From: a virus | Virus record (IMG/VR): IMGVR_UViG_3300035670_000027 | Reading direction: 5' to 3' (one strand) | DNA length: 64,000 nt | Part shown: piece after piece, positions 9,642 to 20,100 of the stretch | How positions within the stretch are numbered: the stretch's first letter is position 1 | Layout of the letters: each line of letters starts with the position of its first letter | Notes under the pieces: generated by a model | Database searches by the model: none | What the model was told of the DNA's origin: nothing | What the model saw: only the letters and a program-made list of their open reading frames with translations | Position numbers and translations under genes: made by a program

Positions 9642-12600
9642 TTAAGCCAAGGCAATCACTCGTAAATCTTTAATTTTTGGTGCAACTGCCGTGTTGGTTG
9701 ATAAGAATACGACTTTAATGGCAAAATACTTGTATCCACTAAATGATCTTCCGTCTGGAGTTGTATATCCAATTGAGTTATTTAGAATTCTATAAATCTC
9801 TTGATCTGATGCAGTAGTAGAATATGCAGATGTTACAGTCAAGAAAGTGTTATTTACAATTGATGCGATTGTTCTTTGAAGTCTAGATGTGCCAATAGCA
9901 ATGTCTGCACCAACTTGTAACTGTTCCAAGAATACTGTATTTGAACCAGAAACATCTGTCGAGCCATTTGTGATTGAAACTCGACCATTCAGAAGTCTTG
10001 AACCACCTGTCTTTTTAGCGATAGGTACAATATACTTTTCTTCATTGTAGGTTGTTGGGTCTTGATCGGTAACTGATGTACCATCAAGCGCCATTTCATT
10101 ATAGAACTTGAAGTCGAATGGATCGTTATCACTCTCGCTTAGTACTTTGTAGTAGACTTTGATATCTGTGCCTGGTGGGCGATTGACTGCCAAATAAACT
10201 GCCAAGTCGGATGATTCAAATCCGTCATTCAATTCTACCACACGGGTAATATATCTTGTCTGATCAGAATATGGTCCTGATGGATTCTCTGCTAGTTTAC
10301 TGATAACAGTAACGCCTGATCCGTTTGTCGTAAAGTTGTTTTTAACTTCAAGATAGTTATTGTTTGCAACAAAAGAAACTTGACGATACTCTTCACCAAA
10401 CAATGCATATTCACCAACATCGATTTCACTATCAAAGAGAGTGCCAACACCAGCAACAATATTGTTTGATGAATTGTATGTAACAGTACCAGTCAATTGA
10501 TTGAAGGTTTGATTGTTAATAATGTTTTGTTCAAAGTAAACACGCATTCTCTCCAAATCAATATATGGAGACACATTAGCATTTTCGGTAAGCAATGTTG
10601 CTCTTACTGTCAATGATTTATTTGTTGCAAGATTTGTTGCTTCATTTGTTGTATTTGCAAGTTGTTGCATTGCCGCCAACTGAATGCGTTCTAGATTCTT
10701 CACACCATTGAATGTGCTGAGAGTGTATGATCCGTCAGCAGTTCTTGCTTCGTACAGAATATTTGATTTTGGTGTTGTTAGATTTTCAATGTTCAATGAG
10801 TAAGCATTGTATGCAAAGTTGCCGCCAGTATTTGCCCAAGGTTTATTTTGTAGAATAATTGTGGCAGGAGTTGTACTGAATTTTGCAGTTCTTAGTTTAA
10901 ACTTAACATCTTGATTCTGTCTTGGTATCCATGTGAAGTCATTGGCTGAAGTAAACAACATACCTGTTGCTGGTTGTTCAGTAATTCTCAAATTAACTTC
11001 TGGATTTGTAATGTCAAACTGTCCAAGTTCTGCAACGAATACATTGAAGTCTGTAACATTACCATCAGGTTTTGCAACCCAACAATATTCAACACCAGGT
11101 GGTAGGAAGATTGGGTTTGCAAAAGTAAATGTGGTGTTTGCCGTACTGTCTGTACTTGTTCGAATATCATCATGTTCTTTTCGGGCAACTTCACCACCAA
11201 TCACGCTTCGTGTTGGAAAGCCATTAAGCATTTCACGAATTTCGCAAGTCACACCTTTTTTAGCGGTGTCTGGTGCTTTTGTTCTAAAGTACAAGTCTAG
11301 AGAAGTAACATAAACACCTTCTGGATATGTTTCTTCGTCAACATAGAAACTTTGTGAAAGTGGATCCCACCATTGGCGATCAATTCTTCTTGTAGTTTCA
11401 TCTCTGAGAGTAACTCTTCTTGTCGTTCCATCACCTCTGAGTGCTTGGTTTGCAAAACCATCAAATGTGAATGGTCTTGTGTTAACAATGTCATAACCTT
11501 TAGTAACTGAAGTACCTTGTGCAAAAATTGACTGTGTGGCAATTGTTGTTGCCTCTGCAACATTATCTGTTGGACTGTCTGTTAATCTAAATGATCTTTG
11601 ACCAACATAGAATCTACCTTCTGGAACTCTAAACACACCAACAATGAGATTACTTTTTACAGTAAGGTCGCCAGCAGTTCCACGAGTGTACTTGCTTGCA
11701 TCGGCTTGAAGAATACCATCTGTATTAAATAGATCGAACAAATCATTTACATCAGCACCAGATGCTAATTGTATCTGAGTACAGTTTGCGGTTACATTTT
11801 CACCATCAAAGAATGCATATAGTTTTGCGCCATCTTTCATGCCTTGTGAAACAAATACAAAATCTCTTGGTCGAATAAAATGTTTGATGCCAATGTCGGC
11901 AACTCTTTCGGTAACTCTGTTTACATCTTCGTTTGCAAGAGTGAAGTTTGCTTGAATTTCATTCAGAGTTTGGTTCTGAGTTGTAAGTGTTCTAGTATCA
12001 GTAAAGTCAGTAACTAATGCACCGCTTCGTGATCGACCAGATGTTGTGGTTGTTGTGGTAACTGGAGTCTCACCAACCCAATGGCGTAGATGTGGAGCAA
12101 CAACAGTATTCCAAGAATCCGTCAATGCTCTAAAGTTATCTGTAATACCAGTTAGATCAACAACTGAGTTTGCTTCTGGTGCAAATCTTGTGTCGATCCA
12201 GTTATCGGTTGCTGGAACAACTGTCATATCACCAGACCAAGTAAATGTAAGTTCTTGGGCTAAGTTAATTGTAGTAGAGGCAAATGGCTGATCAATAAAT
12301 TCTTGTTCAGTATAATTTACATATACTTTTCTACCAGGTGTCTTTTTAAAGTTTGTTGACGAGCCTTCATTCAACAATAGTTCAACTTGAACCTCATTAT
12401 TTGCATATGCAGTAGCATAGTTTGCTCTGGTATCAATTCGAACACGATTGCCATCAGGATTGAAAACATCATGAATGTTGTGACCTCTGAAAGAATCTAC
12501 AAGAATACCATTCTTGAAACGATCAAATCCATCGTTGTCGATTTCTACTTTTGATTGTGCTTGTTTTTCTAGTTCGCTGAGTGTTGCATAGTATTCAATC

Positions 12601-15600
12601 TGTTCAATACGCTTGTTCATCTTACCAATTTCACGCATTGTAAATCTACGATTCTTATAAGAATCAATGCGAATGTCAGTAGCAAGCGAAGGATAAACAG
12701 GAATTGTAATTTCTGCTAGTTCTAGTGTGTCAGGAATTGATGGTGGTGGAGATGCAAGTGGGTAACCAGGAGAGCCATCATTGATTCCTAGTGCACCGTT
12801 TTCATCAACATAGAGTTTTGCTTTTCTTCCTTTGTAGTAAATTAAGTCTGCATCAAAGTCTGATGCTGGTGTTGGAAAGTGCAAACCACCTGTTGGAATT
12901 TGATAGAGACCAGAACTAATTGGATTTGTTGCTGATGTGTTTGCGGCTTTAATTGGTCTAAAGTCAATGCAATCACGAAGGTTAAACAATTCACCAGTTC
13001 TTGTTGATCGATATGACGATACTTGCTCTGTTCGAATTGTTGTATTTGACGATGTAACATCATTAACTGGATATGAATCAAATGAAAGATATCCAATACC
13101 TTGTGAAGTATCGTGAGAGAAATGATCAAAAACAACAAGAAGATTGCCTGTTGGTGTTACACCGACATTTGGTGTAACTGTTCCATGTTCATACGAGGTA
13201 TCTCTTTGACCGTTATCAAGTGTATAAAGACTTGTGACATTCGTATTGCTTGTTGTTGCTGGAATACCAAAGCCGCTTGATTGGTAGATGCCACGAATCT
13301 GATAAATGTCACCATAACCCAATCCGTATGGACCAACAAATCCATTTGGATGTGTATTGGCTTGAATTTGCACTTCACGATTTGCGTTAAGTGTCTTACG
13401 AACTTCTCTGGCGTTTGCACGATTCATAATTACTGAAACCCTTGCGGCAAAACCAGAACCAATTGAAGTAATCAAACCAGTTTCTTGCAGATCGATATCA
13501 ACTGTTTGTGGTGGAGAACCAATTGAAACTGTTCTTTCAACACCGTTTGAACCAATGCCAGAAAGTTTGATTGGTCTTCCAGCAGGAAATACTTTGTAAA
13601 GTGGTTGATTGCTTTGTGTAGAAGAAAATGCTGAAGCAACGGTCAAGACAAAGTTGTTTGTAATTGAACTAATGATTCTGTCTTGTGCGCCAACACGAAT
13701 TACATCGCCAACTTGATATTCTTGAGTGAATGTAGTTGTAGCGCCAGGAAGACTTGAAACTGTGGTGCTACCATTTGTGACATTTGCAGTACCAGTAAGT
13801 GCAGAAGTGTTTGCAGTATTTGTTGGTACAACAAGATAATTTGTGTTCTTAAGTGCTTCAGTACCACCAGAAGCAAAGGTTTCGTTCAAGTCTGTAGTCG
13901 CAAGTGTAACTTGACCAGCACCGTTAAAGTTTGCAGGAAATTCTTTTCTAAATTGAAATCCTGTTTCCACATTGTTATTATCATCACGAATTGTTCGAAT
14001 ACCAGTGTATGGAAGTTTAAAGATTGACGATTCAAATGCACTCTCTCTGAGTGTTGCGTTACCTAATGTGTCAACAACCACATCAGCGAATCGATTTGGA
14101 AAACTGCCACCTGTTTGATAGAATGAACGAACATCTTGAAAGAGTTTATCTTGATTCATTGTGATATCATAGATGTAGAAATTGTATCTTGAATCAGCAG
14201 TACCTACTGTACCAGATGCATATTCAACGGCTCTTACTCTTGCTTCACCAATTTTAGTGCCTGTAAGAGTTGTAGAACTAAAACTATTATTTGAAACTGC
14301 CTGTTGTGCGGTATCATAAAGATCAATGGTTGTTGATTCCATGAAGTCCCATGTACCAACAAGTTCTTTAACTGGAATGTAACTACCAACGAGTACTGAA
14401 GTTTTTACTTGTTCAACAAACTGAGTGTCAGTACCTTTGCGAACAGGTGTGAAAACTTTTGTAAGTAATTCGTTTCGATAACCTTTTACATACGAAACGA
14501 AAGGATCAGTTTCAATGACAAGCAATTCATTGTTACCGCCTTCGGCGACAGTAAATTTACCTCGATTGTCATTTACTCTTAAGTGTTCACGAATAAAGAT
14601 TCTTGGATCAGAAAGTGTATAGTTTCCTGATTCTTCAAATGTTCTTTTGGCAAGTGCGTCTTCTAGTTTGCTTTCGACTTGATCTGTAAATTTTTTGATA
14701 ATGTTGCCATTGATAACTTCAGTAATTGGAACAAACTCAGATTCGTCTGTGACTGCATCAATTACAACTTTAGCAAGTGTTGTATCAATCTTAAGACGGT
14801 CTGCACCAAGTGCTTGAAAGTTTGGTGTTCCTTGTGCGTTATCAAGAAGTGTTTGGTCATCAACTGTGTCGATGAATGTTTTAACTGGAATTACACCAAC
14901 TTTATATGATGGACGATTTGTATACTTGTCAAGAATGATTGTCTGTGCATCGTGCTTAACAAAGTGGTCAGCAACATAGATTACACCATCATTAATAGTA
15001 TACTTAGAACCGTAATTGAATGTTTCTTGTGTGGCAAGACCTTCATCAATGATTGTGAAGGTTGCTCTAGATGTTGCGGTGTTTGCGTATGCAGTATTTG
15101 GTGAATCAGCAATGTCATCAAATAAAACGAAAAGTCTTTCGCTATTCTCAAATTTTGTAGAGGTTCTCTTATCAGAAACAGAACCGACATTCATCGTAAA
15201 GATGTTGCCATCTGAACCTACTGAGTTTGCAGTAAACGGAACTGTATCAGGTTCACCCACAAGATCACCAACAAAAACTTTGTATACTGATGTAAGTGGG
15301 TCCTGATAAAATGCTTTGATAACTCCAGTATTACCAGAGTTGAATGTGACTGTATTACCAAGAGTAATAAATGCACCAGTGGCATCAACAGAAAGAATGA
15401 CTGAACCAGTTGATTCATAATTAATGAAAAGAGTTTTTGGATCTTCTCCATCAATGTCAGAGACAAGACCGGTGTAGGCACGGCAACCAGTGTTCGCACC
15501 TACAACCCTTTTACCTAAGAAATCGTCAACATCAACTTCAACAGAGTTAAACTCAGTTTGGAGTTTTACATACTCCATTCTTAAGTCTAAACTCTGTTCG

Positions 15601-15803
15601 CATCCATCTACAATTGATCCTTCGCTAAAGAAGTATTCAGCAAAGCGTTGAATCTGCTTTTGCTGATAAGTCTGCGCTTGTGTGAGTTCTCTAGCCTGGA
15701 CTGCTCGACCAGGTCTATAGAGAACTCTTACATACTTCTTGTCTTCATCATAATCGTCAAAGTATGGACCAATATTTAAATCTACACCACCGGGATTTGA
15801 CAT
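9642..15803 (-). CDS. VrlC/DUF4815-like large virion structural protein
   Basis: N-terminal PYFDDYDEDKKYVRVLYRPGRAVQARELTQAQ, GADRLKI, RFKNGILVDSF, DPLSQSF, C-terminal PKIKDLRVIALA. Confidence 0.9.
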   Translation of the reverse strand: MSNPGGVDLNIGPYFDDYDEDKKYVRVLYRPGRAVQARELTQAQTYQQKQIQRFAEYFFSEGSIVDGCEQSLDLRMEYVKLQTEFNSVEVDVDDFLGKRVVGANTGCRAYTGLVSDIDGEDPKTLFINYESTGSVILSVDATGAFITLGNTVTFNSGNTGVIKAFYQDPLTSVYKVFVGDLVGEPDTVPFTANSVGSDGNIFTMNVGSVSDKRTSTKFENSERLFVLFDDIADSPNTAYANTATSRATFTIIDEGLATQETFNYGSKYTINDGVIYVADHFVKHDAQTIILDKYTNRPSYKVGVIPVKTFIDTVDDQTLLDNAQGTPNFQALGADRLKIDTTLAKVVIDAVTDESEFVPITEVINGNIIKKFTDQVESKLEDALAKRTFEESGNYTLSDPRIFIREHLRVNDNRGKFTVAEGGNNELLVIETDPFVSYVKGYRNELLTKVFTPVRKGTDTQFVEQVKTSVLVGSYIPVKELVGTWDFMESTTIDLYDTAQQAVSNNSFSSTTLTGTKIGEARVRAVEYASGTVGTADSRYNFYIYDITMNQDKLFQDVRSFYQTGGSFPNRFADVVVDTLGNATLRESAFESSIFKLPYTGIRTIRDDNNNVETGFQFRKEFPANFNGAGQVTLATTDLNETFASGGTEALKNTNYLVVPTNTANTSALTGTANVTNGSTTVSSLPGATTTFTQEYQVGDVIRVGAQDRIISSITNNFVLTVASAFSSTQSNQPLYKVFPAGRPIKLSGIGSNGVERTVSIGSPPQTVDIDLQETGLITSIGSGFAARVSVIMNRANAREVRKTLNANREVQIQANTHPNGFVGPYGLGYGDIYQIRGIYQSSGFGIPATTSNTNVTSLYTLDNGQRDTSYEHGTVTPNVGVTPTGNLLVVFDHFSHDTSQGIGYLSFDSYPVNDVTSSNTTIRTEQVSSYRSTRTGELFNLRDCIDFRPIKAANTSATNPISSGLYQIPTGGLHFPTPASDFDADLIYYKGRKAKLYVDENGALGINDGSPGYPLASPPPSIPDTLELAEITIPVYPSLATDIRIDSYKNRRFTMREIGKMNKRIEQIEYYATLSELEKQAQSKVEIDNDGFDRFKNGILVDSFRGHNIHDVFNPDGNRVRIDTRANYATAYANNEVQVELLLNEGSSTNFKKTPGRKVYVNYTEQEFIDQPFASTTINLAQELTFTWSGDMTVVPATDNWIDTRFAPEANSVVDLTGITDNFRALTDSWNTVVAPHLRHWVGETPVTTTTTTSGRSRSGALVTDFTDTRTLTTQNQTLNEIQANFTLANEDVNRVTERVADIGIKHFIRPRDFVFVSQGMKDGAKLYAFFDGENVTANCTQIQLASGADVNDLFDLFNTDGILQADASKYTRGTAGDLTVKSNLIVGVFRVPEGRFYVGQRSFRLTDSPTDNVAEATTIATQSIFAQGTSVTKGYDIVNTRPFTFDGFANQALRGDGTTRRVTLRDETTRRIDRQWWDPLSQSFYVDEETYPEGVYVTSLDLYFRTKAPDTAKKGVTCEIREMLNGFPTRSVIGGEVARKEHDDIRTSTDSTANTTFTFANPIFLPPGVEYCWVAKPDGNVTDFNVFVAELGQFDITNPEVNLRITEQPATGMLFTSANDFTWIPRQNQDVKFKLRTAKFSTTPATIILQNKPWANTGGNFAYNAYSLNIENLTTPKSNILYEARTADGSYTLSTFNGVKNLERIQLAAMQQLANTTNEATNLATNKSLTVRATLLTENANVSPYIDLERMRVYFEQNIINNQTFNQLTGTVTYNSSNNIVAGVGTLFDSEIDVGEYALFGEEYRQVSFVANNNYLEVKNNFTTNGSGVTVISKLAENPSGPYSDQTRYITRVVELNDGFESSDLAVYLAVNRPPGTDIKVYYKVLSESDNDPFDFKFYNEMALDGTSVTDQDPTTYNEEKYIVPIAKKTGGSRLLNGRVSITNGSTDVSGSNTVFLEQLQVGADIAIGTSRLQRTIASIVNNTFLTVTSAYSTTASDQEIYRILNNSIGYTTPDGRSFSGYKYFAIKVVFLSTNTAVAPKIKDLRVIALA

Positions 15804-15839
15804 ATCACCCTTTTTCCTTTAAGTTGAAAAACTCAAAAC

Positions 15840-17108
15840 TTAGAATTCAATAACGAGTTTCACATCCTCGATCTGGTCATTCGCTCTTGAAATTGGGCTT
15901 CTGTTTTCAACATAAAGAACATCACCTGAGTAAGGTGCAAGACCTGGTGCGCTAATTGCATCAATTGTACCAGTTGCGGCAGAAGTACCACCAGTTACAG
16001 TAGCACCGTTTGCGAATGCAAGTGGTAGTGGTAGGTTAACAAAGAGATACTTGTTAGTATTATCCCACTCAACAACAGTAGCGGTATTAGAACCAGATGT
16101 AACAGTTTCGTCAAGGCTGAATGAAGCGTTGGCGTCTGTAACTGTGTAACGATATGTCTGGCGATAGTTTGTCGCAAGACCACGGGTTGTTGTACCAAAC
16201 TCATATGGGTCACGAATCAAACCGATCTTACGGAAGTCGTTAGCAGTAGAGATTGTGTTTGCTTCAGTACCATCCAAGCGGACATTGATCATGATGAACT
16301 TACCACCAAGTTCTTCGATAGCATTTGAACCATGACCACCTTTTGGAGGTAGAATTGCTCTAGCGGCCGCACCTGAGCCACCGCCACCTGAGAAGGAAAC
16401 TGTAGCAAAGGTATAGCCTGAACCTGCGTTAGTAATTGTAACTGAAGTGACTGCATCACCTGTGATGTTTGCAGTAGCAGTAGCACCTGTTCCGTCACCG
16501 TCAATAGCAACTGAAGGTGCTGAACCGTATGAAGAACCACCTGAAGTTACGAGAACTGTGTCAAGACCACCATCAACTGCGGCGCCTGCAACGGTGTTGT
16601 CTGTACGAACGGACATGTAGTCGTTTGTCAAGAACTTCAAAGCGTCTGAAGTTGAAATTGTGTACATGTATTTCCACTTGTAGCCGTCAGCAAGTGTAGC
16701 GGCAGAAGTAGAAGTACCAGTTGGCTTGATTGTTGAAGTCAAACCACCGTTGTTGAACAAGCACTTGTACACATTGAAGTCATCGGTGAGAACATAGAAA
16801 TCATCATCGAGAATGTTTGTGTCTTGGTCATCGTACTGGTCATAAACTGTACCAGTAGTCCAGTCGTAACGGTCGATAACATGAACAACATCGGTTGATT
16901 GAATACGCTTAGCCGCAATTGAATCTCTCCAAGGAATGAACTCAATATTTGCGGTAGAGTTGGTTGGTGTTGGTGGATTGAAGTCATCTGAGAATGGGCT
17001 TGTTCCACCAATGTATAGGTACATAATAGTGTTAGAAGCCTCAGAAAAAGCCTCTAGAAACTGTTCTGCGTTATGTACTCTAAACTTACTGGTTGCAATT
17101 GCTGGCAT
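15840..17108 (-). CDS. gp8: Baseplate wedge subunit gp8
   Basis: MPAIATSKFRVHNAEQF, VYKCLFN, DGYKWKYMYTI, C-terminal SGDVLYVENRSPISR..QIEDVKLVIEF. Confidence 0.92.
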   Translation of the reverse strand: MPAIATSKFRVHNAEQFLEAFSEASNTIMYLYIGGTSPFSDDFNPPTPTNSTANIEFIPWRDSIAAKRIQSTDVVHVIDRYDWTTGTVYDQYDDQDTNILDDDFYVLTDDFNVYKCLFNNGGLTSTIKPTGTSTSAATLADGYKWKYMYTISTSDALKFLTNDYMSVRTDNTVAGAAVDGGLDTVLVTSGGSSYGSAPSVAIDGDGTGATATANITGDAVTSVTITNAGSGYTFATVSFSGGGGSGAAARAILPPKGGHGSNAIEELGGKFIMINVRLDGTEANTISTANDFRKIGLIRDPYEFGTTTRGLATNYRQTYRYTVTDANASFSLDETVTSGSNTATVVEWDNTNKYLFVNLPLPLAFANGATVTGGTSAATGTIDAISAPGLAPYSGDVLYVENRSPISRANDQIEDVKLVIEF

Positions 17109-17147
17109 ATTTTATCTCCTTAAAATAGGGTGTTTGGCAATCTCTTT

Positions 17148-17155
17148 TATTTATA
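17148..17155 (-). promoter_or_regulatory. T4 late promoter TATAAATA for gp8 (second copy at 17182-17189)
   Basis: Exact consensus in the gp7-gp8 intergenic region. Confidence 0.8.
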
Positions 17156-17184
17156 TGAAAAAACTACCTTTAGTTTCTGTTTAT

Positions 17185-20100
17185 TTATACGAAATACTCT
17201 CGGTAAACCGATGCATCATTATAATTTTCTTCTGGATTCACATTAACTTCCAGATATTCGTTGTTTGCAATGCTTGAAATCAAGAATTTCTCTGTGAGCG
17301 TTATGAGTGTTCCACCTACAGTAAATGCGGTAGTGAATGATGTATTTGTACCAATGACTGAAGTGTTGCTTCCGCTTGCATTTGTGAATATATCAGTAGA
17401 GTAAGAATCAATTTGCTCTAACGACAATCTTCTGATTGCCAATCCAGCAAAAGATGGGTCGGTAAATGTGACCGTACCATCAATGAATACATTCTTGCTG
17501 ATATTTAGATTGCTATATTCGTTCTCAAATGTGAGTGTGGCGATTGTTTGAATCTGCTCACTTGCAAAAGTAGCGAGTAACTCATCACCAAAAGGAGTAA
17601 TATTTGCATTAAAGTCTGGTGAAGCATCTTCAAAACTATGGATTTCTATGTCATACGATGACAATGGAATTTCTCTAGTAAACGAAACGCCTGGACTTTC
17701 ATTCAGCGTATTGGCTGCATAAGAAGCAATTGTTTCGCTTGCATAATTGACAATTGGCACATCAGCGTACTGATAGTAACTAATAGATTCTAGTTTACTG
17801 TGTGTGGTAGAAACATCTACCTTTTCACCGATTACATCAATTTCTACCGTCATTTCACGATTGGTCATCGTAAGCACTTCGGTATAAAATCTCATACGAG
17901 AATCTAGTGCATCAAGTTCAATAAAGTTGATAACTTCAATCGTTGTGTTCAGGCTAACTGCATTTCGATTGACAGAATCATTGAATGTGCTTGATGCAAA
18001 CGATCTAATTAATTCATCCTCATAAACTTGAACATCTTCTTCTCCAATAACTGTTCTTGGATTTGGTGCAATATCTAGTTCAAATGTTTTTCTAAACGAT
18101 GCAATAACATTTGTACCACTCTGAATTTCAATTTCTGTAGTATGAACACGATTGGTCATTGTATAGATTTCTGCGTAGAAAGCCATACGAAGGTCCATTG
18201 TTGCTGGAGTAATTTCAATTTCACGAATGTTGAAATCAGTAACACCAGCGAGAGAAACATCAATAACTGCTGGAGCAATCACATAGTTAATTGCAGTTTC
18301 TTGTGGTGCAATAGCCGCAATACTTACTTCAGTTTGAATCTCAATTTCTGTAGTGTGAACACGATTGGTCATTGTATAGATTTCACTATAGAATGCCATT
18401 CTCAAATCTGCATAAAGCGAGATTTGTCTTTCTGTATTTCCTAGGTGTTCAACTGTAGGAATAAAAAGTGATACAACCTGTGAACGCACAGGCTCAATAT
18501 CAATTTCATAGAATGTTGATGGAACTTCTCTAGTAAATGAAATTCCTGGTGGATCATTGAATGCGGTGCTTGAATATGCCGAGATTGTTTGATCTGCAAA
18601 ATCTGTTAATGGAACATCACCAAAACTGAAATAGTTTACGGTAACTGTTCTACCATGTCGTGTTGAAACATCAACTGGTCCAGAGAATACTTCTAACTCT
18701 ACAGTCATCTCACGATTTGTCATTGTGAGAATTTCTGAATAGAATCTCATACGAGAATCAATAAATTGATAAATTTCAATTCGATAATCAATGTCAGTCT
18801 TAGACATTGATTGATATCTGTATGCAGTATCTAAGAAAGTTTTATTTGAATAATCTTCAACAGGATCAACATTACCAATTATTTCAGATGCAAGTGTAGC
18901 AATCTGAATGTCTTTAATTTGTTCTTTGAATGGTGCAGTAAATCCAGGTGGCACATCAATTTCAAGTTTCATTCTTGGAATTGGTGCAAGATCAAGTTCT
19001 GGTTGAATCTTAATTACTTCATAGATGTTTGGTATTGTAGCCGTGAGTGGTGGTACAAAATATCTGAGTGTCTTAACACGGCCAGTATTTTGTGGAATAA
19101 CTCGTAGTGTGCTAAAGATGTTGTCTGGTCGAACATCAATTTCATAACTTGTGCCTTCAAAATTAATTGTAGCATCAATAACAGAAATACCAAGACCAAG
19201 AGTTGGCAGACGCAATCTATCAACGGCAATTCTAAATGGTTGTACACTAGCAATAACAGTAACAAGAGGAAGTTCAATATCAACCTCAACTCTTTGATAT
19301 GTCCTTGCTGGGCTTAATGGTACAATAAATGTATCTCTGAAACTTGTACTTGCATATTCAGAAATTTGTTCTGAAGCAAGTTGTGAAATAAGAATGTCAC
19401 CATAACGAAGTGTGTCTTGTGCAATTGAGAATATTTGAATAGTAACATCGCTGATTGCAGTTTCAAGAATTTGAACATCATTGTAGACAATTTCTGGAGA
19501 AACATCGATGTAAAGTTCTAGGCGATTGACAATCTCATCTACAAAAGAACGAATGAGTGGCACAGAAACAAATAGTGGTACTTCACTTTCAGTACCAAAT
19601 GATGTTGATGGTACAACCTCGGCTTGAAGATCGGTTGAGACCAGTTCAATATCAATTTCAAGTCCTTGACGATCTGCTCTTTCTCGGAAGATTTGTTGTT
19701 CAAGTCCAGATTCATCTAAGAATGTGATTGTAGAGAAAGATGAAATTAAATCATTTTGCAATCTCTGAACAAATATATCGCCGTAGGTTGTTCCAATAAA
19801 GTCAAATGTCTTGACACGATCAATATCTACGGCAACATCAATGTTTTTTACAATCTCAATCTCTCGCACATTAAAGTCACGCACGGCAAGAGGTTGCTCC
19901 ATGCGAATTGGTGCGATTTCAATTTGATATTCTCTATGTGTGTCAACAATGTTGCTGATACCAGAAAGAATGTAATCCAACTCTACTGGTATTGTTGGTA
20001 TTGTTCCAGTTTGAATATCGCTGAATGTTGGGAATAGAGCAACATCAATGAAGAGATAAATTTTATTGGTAATTTCTCTAGTGAAATCAGCAGGAACACT

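Noticed and set aside
18122-18408. Near-identical DNA repeats as a DGR template/variable pair
   Set aside because: Both copies are in frame within gp7, differences are mostly synonymous and not adenine-specific, and no reverse transcriptase is in the window.
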